64,000 nt of DNA from Eledone cirrhosa (Eukaryota): contig OZ024752.1 in assembly GCA_964016885.1 (NCBI GenBank), forward strand, positions 11,594,001 through 11,658,000, read 5' to 3'. Positions within the stretch are counted from its first letter, which is position 1, and every line of letters starts with the position of its first letter. The position numbers and the translations under genes were made by a program. The notes beneath the pieces are model-generated. The model was not told the origin of the DNA. It worked only from the letters and a program-made list of their open reading frames with translations, and ran no database searches. Positions 26,449 to 42,829 of this stretch are shown piece by piece.

Positions 26449-28013
26449 CTGACGAGTTTCACCGCACTCGGTAAGAGATGGAGTCGGATCTTATCTGACG
26501 AGTTTCACCGCACTCGGTAAGAGATGGAGTCGGATCTTATCTGACGAGTTTCACCGCACTCGGTAAGAGATGGAGTCGGATCTTATCTGACGAGTTTCAC
26601 CGCACTCGGTAAGAGATGGAGTCGGATCTTATCTGACGAGATTCACCGCACTCGGTAAGAGATGGAGTCGGATCTTATCTGACGAGTTTCACCGCACTCG
26701 GTAAGAGATGGAGTCGGATCTTATCTGACGAGTTTCACCGCACTCGGTAAGAGATGGAGTCGGGTCTTATCTGACGAGTTTCACCGCACTCGGTAAGAGA
26801 TGGAGTCGGGTCTTATCTGACGAGATTCACCGCACTCGGTAAGAAATGAAGTCGGATCTTATCTGACGAGTTTCACCGCACTCGGTAAGAGATGGAGTCG
26901 GATCTTATCTGACGAGTTTCACCGCACTCGGTAAGAGATGGAGTCGGATCTTATCTGACGAGTTTCACCGCACTCGGTAAGAGATGGAGTCGGATCTTAT
27001 CTGACGAGTTTCACCGCACTCGGTAAGAGATGGAGTCGGATCTTGTCTGACGAGTTTCACCGCACTCGGTAAGAGATGGAGTCGGATCTTATCTGACGAG
27101 TTTCACCGCACTCGGTAAGAGATGGAGTCGGATCTTATCTGACGAGTTTCACCGCACTCGGTAAGAGATGGAGTCGGATCTTATCTGACGAGTTTCACCG
27201 CACTCGGTAAGAGATGGAGTCGGATCTTATCTGACGAGTTTCACCGCACTCGGTAAGAGATGGAGTCGGATCTTATCTGACGAGATTCACCGCACTCGGT
27301 AAGAGATGGAGTCGGATCTTATCTGACGAGTTTCACCGCACTCGGTAAGAGATGGAGTCGGATCTTATCTGACGAGTTTCACCGCACTCGGTAAGAGATG
27401 GAGTCGGGTCTTATCTGACGAGTTTCACCGCACTCGGTAAGAGATGGAGTCGGGTCTTATCTGACGAGATTCACCGCACTCGGTAAGAAATGAAGTCGGA
27501 TCTTATCTGACGAGTTTCACCGCACTCGGTAAGAGATGGAGTCGGATCTTATCTGACGAGTTTCACCGCACTCGGTAAGAGATGGAGTCGGATCTTATCT
27601 GACGAGTTTCACCGCACTCGGTAAGAGATGGAGTCGGATCTTATCTGACGAGTTTCACCGCACTCGGTAAGAGATGGAGTCGGATCTTGTCTGACGAGTT
27701 TCACCGCACTCGGTAAGAGATGGAGTCGGATCTTATCTGACGAGTTTCACCGCACTCGGTAAGAGATGGAGTCGGATCTTATCTGACGAGTTTCACCGCA
27801 CTCGGTAAGAGATGGAGTCGGATCTTATCTGACGAGTTTCACTGCACTCGGTAAGAGATGGAGTCGGATCTTATCTGACGAGTTTCACCGCACTCGGTAA
27901 GAGATGGAGTCGGGTCTTATCTGACGAGTTTCACCGCACTCGGTAAGAGATGGAGTTGGATCTTATCTGACGAGATTCACCGCACTCGGTAAGAGATGGA
28001 GTCGGATCTTGTC
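26449..28013. repeat. 46-bp minisatellite, about 34 copies (CTGACGAGTTTCACCGCACTCGGTAAGAGATGGAGTCGGATCTTAT)
   Basis: Near-identical head-to-tail units with no spacers. Confidence 0.97.
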
Positions 28014-28220
28014 GATCGTCTATGACCAGAACTTCTCAGATCCCTATATCATACACGTGCAGCTACATTTACATTAATCTTACTTTCGACACTAAACCCA
28101 ACATCAATAACAATTATGAGAGAGACACTTCAGTAATAATATAAGTAATATTAAATACATTAAACATGAATAAAGATACTGTTTTATTGAATTAGTTGAC
28201 ATCATTATTGGGAAGGATGA

Positions 28221-28440
28221 GGGCAGTGGATTGGCAGAAACGGTAGAGCATCGAACCACATGCTTAGTGGCATAGAGTTATGGCTCTTTACATTCTGAGT
28301 TCAAATCCAGCCGAGGTTCGCTTTGCCTTTCATCTTTACGAAGTCGACAAAAAAAAGTACCAGTCACGCACTGGGGTCGATTAAATCGACTTTCCCCTAC
28401 CCACAAAATTATTGGCTTTGTGCTTGAATCAGAAAGCATT
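28221..28440 (+). mobile_element. SINE family A (long variant)
   Basis: Family consensus match. Confidence 0.85.
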
Positions 28441-28539
28441 AAGGATGTGTTTGATGATCATCACTAAGGACATTGATATTTGCTTGGAGATTTGTGAGTT
28501 TTAGTCGAAAGTCACCAGCTTCGGAGTGTTCCTCGGCTT

Positions 28540-31500
28540 TCTTAGGAATGATTTTGCATGGCTAAAGTCAGTTTTGTCAGGAATACTTTTGTCTGGCTAA
28601 AGTCTTCTTGGTTAGGAATGCTTTTGCCTGGTTAAAGTCAGCTTTGTTAGGAATTCTTTTGTCTGGCTAAAGTCTTCTTTGTTAGGAATGCTTTTGCCTG
28701 GCTAAAGTCTTCTTTGTCAGGAATGCTTTTGCCTAGATAAAGTCAGTTGTATTAGGAATGCTTTTTTCTGGCTAAAGTCTTCTTTGTTATGAATGCTTTT
28801 GTCTGGCTAAAGTCTTCTTTGTTAGGAATGATTTTGCCTAGATAAAGTCAGTTTTATTAGGAATGCTTTTGTCTGGCTAAAGTCTTCTTTGTTAGGAATG
28901 CTTTTGTCTGGCTAAAGTCTTCTTTGTTAGGAATGCTTTTGCCTGGCTGAAGTCAGTTTTGTCAGGAATGCTTTTGTCTGGCTAAAGTCTTCTTTGTTAG
29001 GAATGCTTTTGTCTGGCTAAAGTCTTCTTTGTCAGGAATGCTTTTGCCTAGATAAAGTCAGTTGTATTAGGAATGCTTTTTTCTGGTTAAAGTCTTCTTT
29101 GTTAGGAATGCTTTTGTCTGGCTAAAGTCTTCTTTGTCAGGAATGCTTTTGTCTGGCTAAAGTCTTCTTTGTTAGGAATGCTTTTGCCTGGCTAAAGTCT
29201 TCTTTGTCAGGAATGCTTTTGCCTAGATAAAGTCAGTTGTATTAGGAATGCTTTTTTCTGGCTAAAGTCTTCTTTGTCAGGAATGCTTTTGTCTGGCTAA
29301 AGACTTCTTTGTTAGGAATGCTTTTGTCAGGCTAAAGTCTTCTTTGTTAGGAATGCTTTTGCCTGGCTAAAGTCAGATTTGTCAGGAATGCTTTTGCCTG
29401 GCTAAAGTCTTCTTTGTCAGGAATGCTTTTGCCTGGCTAAAGTCTTCTTTATCAGGAATGCTTTTGCCTAGATAAATTCAGTTTTATTAGAAATGCTTTT
29501 GTCTGGCTAAAGTCTTCTTTATTAGGAATGCTTTTGTCTGGCTAAAGTCTTTGTTAGGAATGCTTTTGCCTGGCTAAAGTCAGTTTTGTCAGGAATGTTT
29601 TTGCCTGGCTAAAGTCTTCTTTGTTAGGAATGCTTTTGTCTGGCTAAAGTCTTCTTTGTTAGGAATGATTTTGCCTAGATAAAGTCAGTTTTATTAGGAA
29701 TGCTTTTGTCTGGCTAAAGTCTTCTTTGTTAGGAATGCTTTTGTCTGGCTAAAGTCTTCTTTGTTAGGAATGCTTTTGCCTGGCTGAAGTCAGTTTTGTC
29801 AGGAATGCTTTTGTCTGGCTAAAGTCTTCTTTGTTAGGAATGCTTTTGTCTGGCTAAAGTCTTCTTTGTCAGGAATGCTTTTGCCTAGATAAAGTCAGTT
29901 GTATTAGGAATGCTTTTTTCTGGTTAAAGTCTTCTTTGTTAGGAATGCTTTTGTCTGGCTAAAGTCTTCTTTGTCAGGAATGCTTTTGTCTGGCTAAAGA
30001 CTTCTTTGTTAGGAATGCTTTTGTCTGGCTAAAGACTTCTTTGTTAGGAATGCTTTTGCCTGGCTAAAGTCAGATTTGTCAGGAATGCTTTTGCCTGGCT
30101 AAAGTCTTCTTTGTTAGGAATGCTTTTGTCTGGCTAAAGTCTTCTTTGTTAGTAATGTTTTTGCCTGGCTAAAATCAGTTTTGTCAGGAATGCTTTTGCC
30201 TGGCTAAAGTCTTCTTTGTCAGGAATGCTTTTGCCTAGATAAAGTCAGTTTTATTAGGAATGCTTTTGTCTGGCTAAAGTCTTCTTTGTTAGGAATGCTT
30301 TTGTCTGGCTAAAGTCTTCTTTATTAGGAATGCTTTTGTCTGGCTAAAGTCTTTGTTAGGAATGCTTTTGCCTGGCTAAAGTCAGTTTTGTCAGGAATGC
30401 GTTTGCCTGGCTAAAGTCTTCTTTGTTAGGAATGCTTTTGTCTGGCTAAAGTCTTCTTTGTTAGGAATGCTTTTGCCTAGATAAAGTAAGTTTTATTAGG
30501 AATGCTTTTGTCTGGCTAAAGTCTTCTTTGTGAGGAATGCGTTTGTCTGGCTAAAGTCTTCTTTGTTAGGAATGCTTTTGCCTGGCTAAAGTCAGTTTTG
30601 TCAGGAATGATTTTGCCTGGCTAAAGTCAGTTTTGTCAGGAATGATTTTGCCTGGCTAAAGTCTTCTTTGTCAGGAATGCTTTTGCCTGGCTAAAATCTT
30701 CTTTGTCAGGAATGCTTTTGTCTGGCTAAAGTCAGCTTTGTTAGGAATGCTTTTGTCTGGCTAAAGACTTCTTTGTTAGGAATGCTTTTGTCTGGCTAAA
30801 GACTTCTTTGTTAGGAATGCTTTTGTCTGGCTAATGACTTCATTGTCAGGAATGCTTTTGCCTGGCTAACGTCTGCTTGGTTAGGAATGCTTTTTTTTGC
30901 TAAAGACTTCTTTTTTAGGAATGCTTTTGCCTGACTAAAGTCAGTTTTGTCAGGAATGCTTTTGCCTGGCTAAAGTCTTCTTTGTTAGGAATGCTTTTGC
31001 CTGGCTAAACTCTTCTTTGTCAGGAATGCTTTTGCCTGGCTAAAGTCAGCTTTGTTAGGAGTGCTTTTGTCTGGTTAAAGGCTTCTTTGTCAGGAATGCT
31101 TTTGTCTGGCTAAAGACTTCTTTGTCAGGAATGCTTTTGTCTGGCTAAAGTCTTCTTTGTCAGGAATGCTTTTTGCCAGGCTGAAGTCAGCTTTGTTAGG
31201 AATGCTTTTGTCTGGCTAAAGACTTCTTTGTCAGGAATGCTTTTGCCTGGCTAACGTCTGCTTGGTTAGGAATGCTTTTTTTTGCTAAAGACTTCTTTGT
31301 GAGCAATGCTTTTGTCTGGCTAAAGTCAGCTTTGTTAGGAATGCTTTTGTCTGGCTAAAGTCTTCTTTGTCAGGAATGCTTTTGTCTGGCTAAAGTCTTC
31401 TTTGTCAGGTATGCTTTTGCCTGGCTAAAGTCAGCTTTGTTAGGAGTGCTTTTGTCTGGTTAAAGGCTTCTTTGTCAGGAATGCTTTTGTCTGGCTAAAG

Positions 31501-31824
31501 ACTTCTTTGTCAGGAATGCTTTTTTTTTTGCTAAAGACTTCTTTGTTAGGAATGCTTTTGCCTAGCTAAGGTCAACTTTGTTAGGAATGCTTTTGCCTGG
31601 CTAAAGTCTTCTTTGTTAGGAATGTTTTTGCCTGGCTAAAGTCTGCTTTGTCAGGAATGCTTTTGTCTGGCTAAAGACTTCTTTGTCTGGAATGCTTTTG
31701 TCTGGCTAAAGACTTCTTTGTTAGGAATGCTTTTGTCTGGCTAAAGTATTTGTTAGGAATGCTTTTGTCTGGCTAAAGTCTTCTTTGTTAGGAATGCTTT
31801 TGCCTGGCTAAAGTCTTCTTTGTT
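28540..31824. repeat. 35-bp minisatellite, about 94 copies (GCTAAAGTCTTCTTTGTTAGGAATGCTTTTGTCTG)
   Basis: Direct periodicity with several variant units. Confidence 0.97.
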
Positions 31825-31876
31825 CCCCCTAAATTACTAACCTTGTGCCTATACTAGAAATCATTATTATTATTAA

Positions 31877-32092
31877 GGGTGCTGGATTGGCAGTATCAGT
31901 AGAGCTTCGGACATGCTTCGCAGCATAGAGTTACGGCCATTTACGTTCTGAATTCAAATCCCTCCGATGTTAACTTTATCTTTCATCCGTACGGGGTCGA
32001 TAAAATAAAGTACCAGTCACGCACTGGGGTCGATTTAAACGACTTTCCCCTACCCCAAAATTGCTGGCCTTGTGCTTATACTAGAAATCATT
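31877..32092 (+). mobile_element. SINE family A (long variant)
   Basis: Family consensus match, preceded by a separate SINE tail at about 31825-31870. Confidence 0.85.
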
Positions 32093-32528
32093 ATTATCAT
32101 TATTATTTAAACTCTGTACTGATAACACATTTACTTTTTATACTGTGAGACTGATAATGTCATTCAGCAATCGTGAACAGACGATTAATTATCTGATCGC
32201 TTTATCTTGCTAAAAACTGCAAGATGTTACCAAATATATTATGTGTATGTCAACCACATGTGCAGTTGTCAAAGATATGTGGTCAGTGCTTTTTTCTCTC
32301 CATATTGATTAGAAAACAATTCGATAATATTTATGAGTTTCTAATGTCGTGGTTCTGGTCCTCAGTTTAAATTTTTTTTTTCTTTTTATCACTAAATAGC
32401 ATTTGCAATACCTCTTCTAGATATGCCTGTGTATTTCAGAAGCAGGCATTACAACCGCCTTGCTCAGTGTTTGATCTCACTGGGAGACATTTTAAGGACA
32501 GAATATTTTCCATCACAGTTCCTGGTCG

Positions 32529-32569
<41 letters not shown>

Positions 32570-32888
32570 GTATCCACAGTAAGTTGTGGGGTCTATTCTG
32601 CATGAAGAACTCGATGTAATCCATATGTTGAAAATATTGTAGGTTAAGATAAATCTCGGAAAATAATAAAACATTAAAAGGAAAACAGTCATGATATAAG
32701 TTAAAACAATGAAATAAAAAGTCTAATTGACTTGATTTTTTATTTCATTATTTTAACTTATATATATATATATATATATATATAAGTAAGATGTATGGTA
32801 GGTCGTATGTGAATCGCGATGATCACGTCTGACTTACCAAATATGCGACGGTAGCTAGTTAAGCTCTATGCGTATACGCAGAGCAGAA

Positions 32889-34923
<2,035 letters not shown>

Positions 34924-35278
34924 ATGGAAAACGAAAAATCAGTAATGCATCGGAACTCAATTTATTGTGTGTTACAATTGTTTCCCCGTCGAACAGCTCG
35001 AGGTACGATCCATGTGTGGATCGACCTGACTCTAGTCTGGCTGGTTCCTCGGACACGTCTGTTGATTTCGGAGCAACTCCTCTTTCTGTGGTTTTTCGGC
35101 CCTACAAGCCTATATCGACCACCTTCATCCGCTTTGCGCATCCTTGGGTTGGTTACTGGCTAGTGACGTCATCAGTATTCTGACCAATGGTAGCAGCCCG
35201 CTGACCGTCAGCGCGTGATCCTTCACCGCCCACTGCCCCGTCGGCAAAATTACTGCTGTTTGTCAGCTCACACTCCCA

Positions 35279-35279
<1 letters not shown>

Positions 35280-35358
<79 letters not shown>

Positions 35359-35855
35359 TACTGACAGATGCATACAGAGTGGCTTGTGTGCTTACGTTCA
35401 CCCACATAAATAGTCACACAAATATACGCATACATGCACACAGAGAGGCACACACGCATACACACGCGTTTATATAAGCACGCATATACACAGACACACA
35501 CACATACACGCACCTGTATATATATATATATATACATGCACACACACACACACACACGTACGCATCTGTACATTTACATACACAAACACTCACAGATATA
35601 TATATATATATACACACCCACCCATACACACGTATACACACATACGTCTACACACACATACACACACACGCATATACACATATACATACATATACACACA
35701 CATAAATATACAAAAACACACATATATATATACACACACACATACCACAATACATTTTCCCCCTGCACGTGTGCATACATACACACACACACAGACTCGC
35801 ACATATATTCTTACACATATGTATACATGTATGTACACACATCTACACACACATA
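35280..35855. repeat. CA/TA-rich microsatellite
   Basis: Directly visible. Confidence 0.95.
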
Positions 35856-36289
35856 AAAGAATTTACAAAAAATACATGTAAGAAAAGCATATAAGGCTAT
35901 ACATTGGGCTGTACATGCAGACAGAGTTGATATGCTGCCAACGTGGATAAATCCGCGTATAGACACCTCAAGCAAGGCTACATATGAGGAGTTCGTGGTA
36001 TTAACGTAAATGGTATGCCCAGACCGTATATAGTAGATGCGTCCATGATATATAAAAGAATGTATGCAGAATATATAAAAAAAATATATTAAAAAATATA
36101 TAAAAAATGCATAAAAAATATATATAAAAAGATATATAAAAATATATATATATTAAAAAAATACCTACATCTGAATTATATAAGAAAAGTATACAAAGAT
36201 ATACATTGGTTTGTGCATGGAAAAATACATGGGGTGTTACGTAATGGAGTGCGTGGAGAATATGCACACATCACTGAAAAAATACACAT

Positions 36290-37070
36290 GCAGGGAGTGC
36301 GTGAACAGGCCATAAGGGAGCATGTCACTGTGGGTGAGATATAGTGTGCCTTATTTGATGTATGGTACTGGACCGACTATCCGTGAAGGTTGAGCCACCG
36401 TGTCCCGGCTCAGGCGATGTTGTTGCCTAGGATGACGTGCCGAGTCCGATATGAAGCATAGGTTGCGTCTACTTACCCCACAGGGCATACCTAGTCAACC
36501 AGGTATGGTGTCTGATCCCTTGGACCCGCGCCGCCGCTCGGACCGGCGTCCGCTTCCCCGCATGCGTTTCGCTTGGGTTGTCCGGTTGCGTCCATGCGGA
36601 GAATGTGCACCTTCTCTGGTGTCTGCACGTCACGATAATCTCCGGTTTCAGGTTAACCGCATCATCCTTCAATCTGACTATCTCCATGGCCCTGGATAGG
36701 CATAGCCTACACTTCCTGTTTCCAGCCGAATATGCATTTGCATGTTGAACGATACTCCAGGTGAGATCATACGGGGTGCCGTTGTCTTTCGAGTCCCATA
36801 TTATGTCCACCAGCCTAGTGGAGCGTCTCTTGCTCCGGTCCTTGAAAGAGTTTGTCTGATTATACATCCTCGATTTAATGGTCGTGGATGCTGCGCCGAT
36901 GTAGGTGCGCTTGATGTTGTGCGTGTTAACCACACATTTATATACTAGGCCCTTCGTTAGGCATCTACCCTGCAGGGATCATTGTGTGCCCATTCTGCAG
37001 TTGCAAGTTCGGTCATAATGTTGCTCATTTCCAACACTGGCCCCTTGGTTTACCACGGCACTCCCCCGAA
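36290..37070 (-). mobile_element. Penelope-like element 3' fragment: GIY-YIG endonuclease pseudogene
   Basis: TCNCR..(*)SLQGRCLTKGLVYKC..TYIG..R..NSF..W..KCRLCL..CRH, i.e. a Cys-rich linker plus VY/YIG motifs of C-terminal EN+ PLEs. Confidence 0.85.
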
Positions 37071-37091
37071 TCTCATATATATATTTTTTTT

Positions 37092-37307
37092 TTAGTCGAT
37101 CGACTTTCGTCAAATCGGACCGAGGAACTAATGTTTCCATTGGTCTTTCCAATTGCTAATACTGTCTATCGGTCGCAACTCCAGGTAGAATGAGCAAGGG
37201 GAAATAAAGTGTTTTGCTCAAGGACATAACGCATCGCCTGGTCCGGGAATCGAACTGACAACCTCACGATTGCGAATCCATTTCTCTAACCACTCAGCCA
37301 CACGCCT
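37092..37307 (-). mobile_element. SINE family B (CORE-type)
   Basis: Reverse strand reads GGCGTGTGGCTGAGTGGTTAGAG..CAGTTCGATTCCCGGACC..TCCTTGAGCAAAACAC. Confidence 0.85.
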
Positions 37308-37340
37308 ATGTATGTATATATATATATAATAATAATAATA

Positions 37341-37618
37341 ATAATACAAGGACGATTTGTTAAGCCTTGTTACGTTTATTGATTGGTGACGCGCGTTTCG
37401 CTATTGATCAGCTCAAGGTTCAATCTGTATCGATCTGACCCAACTCTGAATCAAAAGTTCGAACCTCTGCTGTTGTAATGACAGCAGAGGTCCGACGAAC
37501 TTTTGATTCCAGACTCGGGTCAGATCGATACAGATTGAACCTTGAGCTGATCAATAGCGAAACACGCGTCACCAATCAATAAACGTAATGAAGGCTTAAC
37601 AAATCGTCCTTGTATTAT
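37341..37618. mobile_element. Fold-back palindrome of about 280 bp, Penelope-like remnant with degenerate hammerhead (37489-37573)
   Basis: Arms are reverse-complementary about about position 37477. The right arm reads GGU-CCGACGA-long helix II-GAAA-CACGCG-UC-ACC. Confidence 0.7.
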
Positions 37619-37754
37619 TTATTATATCACACTCTGTCTAGCTCTACACCTCGCCACTGACGTGAACCTAAACATGGAGTGCTCACCTGGGTGAACCTAC
37701 AGTAACACCGCGTTACACTCCCTGGACATATATATATATGTATATATATATATT

Positions 37755-38302
37755 CTATTCTAAGGCGGGTAAAATTCCCGAGATCCATGGACGAGTTCTC
37801 TCCAGCGGTCTCTGTCCCTCATTATCGCTGCCATGTCCTGCGTCTCCAATAGACCAGTGTCTGTCCTTAGGGCATCAACATATGTTAACCTTGGTCTTCC
37901 TCTTCTAGTGTGTCCATGTAGGGGCTCCCAAAGAAGCACTGAGTGCAATGTCAACTCTGGATGTCGGTGAGCATGTCCAGCTAACCTCAGTCTCCTCTGT
38001 GTCACTTTTGAGCTGACTTTTGGGATGCTCCCATACAGCTCTGAGTTTTTCATCCTCAGTGTATACTGATTAATGTTCAGAGCCATCCTCAGCATTCTCG
38101 TGTAGCACCCATCCACCATCTGAGTGAGTTTCTTGGTCAGTGTCCAAGTCTCAGACCCATACAGCAGCACAGACTCCACTACAGCAATGAAGAGACGGAT
38201 TTTCAGGTCTCTACGAAGGTCCGACTTCCCCACCGATCTCAAGCTGTGGCACGCCGCCCAGGCCTTGCTCTTCCTCTCAACCACATCATCTTCCGTATTC
38301 CC
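37755..38302 (-). mobile_element. 5'-truncated RTE-clade LINE, C-terminal RT/thumb region
   Basis: VESVLLYGSETW..., RRLRLAGH, RRGRP and DRDRWR motifs. The 3' end abuts (TA)n. Confidence 0.9.
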
Positions 38303-38486
38303 AATCTTATATATATAATAGTAGAACACTGTTGAGTTATATCCGTAGTAGTAGAGTACACAGTCGATGGGACGATTTTGGTAGAAGTAGTTCCACAAAT
38401 GTTAGACCGAGCTGATGGTTTGTTGTGGACTGAGTTCTATACTTACTGAGGATATAACCTCTCGGTGTTTTACCACTATATATATG

Positions 38487-38591
<105 letters not shown>

Positions 38592-38731
38592 TAATAAGCA
38601 CAGTAAATCGTGTGTCTAATATTACGAGGGTTGAAGAACCACATCTGTTTGAAATATTTAACCATGAAGCAGGCAGAATGAAAAAAATAAAATTAAATGA
38701 TATTATACAGACCGCCTCAATAACAATTACA

Positions 38732-38813
38732 TCTCTCGGACAGATTAGGGATTAATCTGTTTCGCCCTGAGTGTGTTTGTAACAGATAATCCACGGACAT
38801 CATCAGCGAGAGA
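38732..38813 (-). ncRNA. Type I hammerhead ribozyme, fully paired
   Basis: UCUCUCG-CUGAUGA-(U)GUCC...GGGC-GAAA-CAGAUUA.auccc.UAAUCUG-UC-CGAGAGA. Confidence 0.85.
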
Positions 38814-39080
38814 ATCTGATTAAATGCGACAAACACCTAATACTAAGGTTCACACAGAAAAATGAATTCTTCGCCTCGTGTGCCGTAAGTCAAAAGTGGT
38901 GTGAGCGGATTGGCCAGAAATAACAGTCCAACACACCTAACTTTATAGGCTCACCTAGGGAGGGAGCCGAAATATAAATGAAAGGTAGAGTTAATAACTC
39001 ATACTGAAATCCTGTAATTACCCAAGCTCAAAGTTGCGTGTGTTGGACTGTTATTTCTAACCAATACACTCACACCACTT

Positions 39081-39162
39081 TCTCTCGCTGATGATACCCG
39101 TGGATTATCTGTTACAAACACACTCAGGGCGAAACAGATTAATCCCTAATCTGTCCGAGAGA
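39081..39162 (+). ncRNA. Type I hammerhead ribozyme (inverted copy; predicted cleavage after C39155)
   Basis: Same fold as 38732-38813. The helix II 5' strand is ACCC, so the closing pair is mismatched. Confidence 0.8.
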
Positions 39163-39313
39163 TGTAATTGTTATTGAGGCGGTCTGTATGATATAATTAT
39201 TTTTATCATTCTGTCTGCTTCATGGTTAAATATTTCAAACAAATGTGGTTCTTTAACCCGCGTAATATTAGACACACGATTTACTGTGTTTATTACTACA
39301 TATATTATTGTTA

Positions 39314-39450
39314 TAATTGTTTCTACTTTTGGCACAAGGCCAGCAATTATCCAGTACATTACTGGTACTTTATTTTATCGACCCCGTAAGGATGAAAGGC
39401 AAAGTTAACCTCGGCGGGATTTGAACTCAGACCGTAAAGGGACGTAACTT
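39314..39450 (-). mobile_element. SINE family A, truncated
   Basis: Reverse complement of the core and tail. Confidence 0.85.
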
Positions 39451-39528
39451 TATTGTTATAATGCTCAGTATTTATACTTTGAGCTTGTTAATTACAGGGT
39501 TCAGTATGAGTTATTAACTCTACCTTTC

Positions 39529-41190
<1,662 letters not shown>

Positions 41191-41368
41191 TATTTATATA
41201 TATATATAGTAATAATAATAAATGTAAAGACTAAAATCCAAAGAGGGCTCGATAAGGATAAATATATATCAAATATATAAGAACCCTAGAGCAAATATTT
41301 CAGAATATCCCGTTAAGGGTGAAAGCAGCGATTCTTTGCTTAAACTTTAATCTGTTATTTTAATAAAC

Positions 41369-41445
<77 letters not shown>

Positions 41446-41819
41446 TATAAAAATACTGGTTAGCAGTCGAGGCCGTGTGGTTACTGAAAACGAAGTGTTA
41501 GAAGGTAATCGGGACACAAACAAGAAAGAAAAGGTTCCCTTCGTCAGCTGTTTACTACGGATATTGGATGCTTCGGGGCTTAAAACAGAACATCGATCCG
41601 TAGTGCGCCCGTGGCCTTAACAATATAACAATATATATATATTGTTATATTGCTATATTTGGCAATGGTCATTTTGCCAGTTAAAATGAATTTTGCTTAT
41701 TTATTTTTATTCGTCCAACAAAGCGCCTTCATCACACCAATCTGTTACCTCCTCAATGAACAGCCGCGAATATAACAATATCGGTTGCAACACACGAGTT
41801 CAGATCGTTCTTCTTGCTG

Positions 41820-41910
<91 letters not shown>

Positions 41911-42364
41911 CTGTGTGTGTGCAAAACGTAAACGGAAACAATAAAGGCGTGTTTTTTTAAGTGCGTGTGCACTAATGTGTATATATGAGTGTGGGGTGGT
42001 GTAGGTAGGTGTGTTTATATCATATTTCAGGTTAAAATGATACATACGAAGAGCAACATGTTACGATAATGATTAAAGTTAGTTGACTCGTGTAGCAAGG
42101 TACGAAATCATAAATAATCTATTATAGACTAAAAATGTGTTTGTAAAATTATTGATTGATAAGCTATATAAAACAAAATCGAAAATATAATTTATTATAT
42201 AAAAGTTTTATTACTTCTAACATTTGTTAAACACAAATAATTATTCTTAGCATATCTGAATACGCCAGGAATCAGTACAGTACTGGTAAAACCCTAGAGA
42301 TAATTCAAAGACTGATATTTATAAAACGTACAATTTGCACGGGTTTCTCTATTTATTATGAAGA

Positions 42365-42829
42365 GCCGTGGAAATGGCAGTAGCGTTAGATCGCCGGACA
42401 CCATGCTTTGTGGCATAGATTTACGGCCTTTTACGTTCTGATTTCAAATTCCACCATGGTTAGCTTTGCCTGTTATCCTTACTTGGTCGATAAAATATAG
42501 TACCAGTCACGCACTGGGGTCGATTTAATCGTCTTTCCCCCTCCCCAAATCCCAAAATTGTTGGCCTTGTGCCTATATAAGAAACCATTATTAAGCGCCG
42601 TGGATTGGCAATAGTGTTAGAACGCTGGGCACCATGCTTTGAGGCATAGAGTTACTGCCTTTTACGTTCTGAGTTCAAATCCCACCAATGTTAGCTTTTT
42701 TCTGTCATCCTTACGGGGTCGATGAAATAAAGTACCAGTAATGTACTTGCGTCGATTTTAATTGACTTTCCCCTCCCCCACCCCAAGAAAATATTTTTGG
42801 CCTTGTGCCTTAATCAGAAACCATTATTA
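42365..42829 (+). mobile_element. Two tandem SINE family A copies (42365-42590 and 42596-42829)
   Basis: Two consecutive consensus matches. Confidence 0.85.

Noticed and set aside
26449-28013. CRISPR-like regular array
   Set aside because: The units are contiguous and near-identical with no unique spacers, there are no cas genes, and the context is eukaryotic. The same holds for the 43-, 35- and 48-bp arrays.
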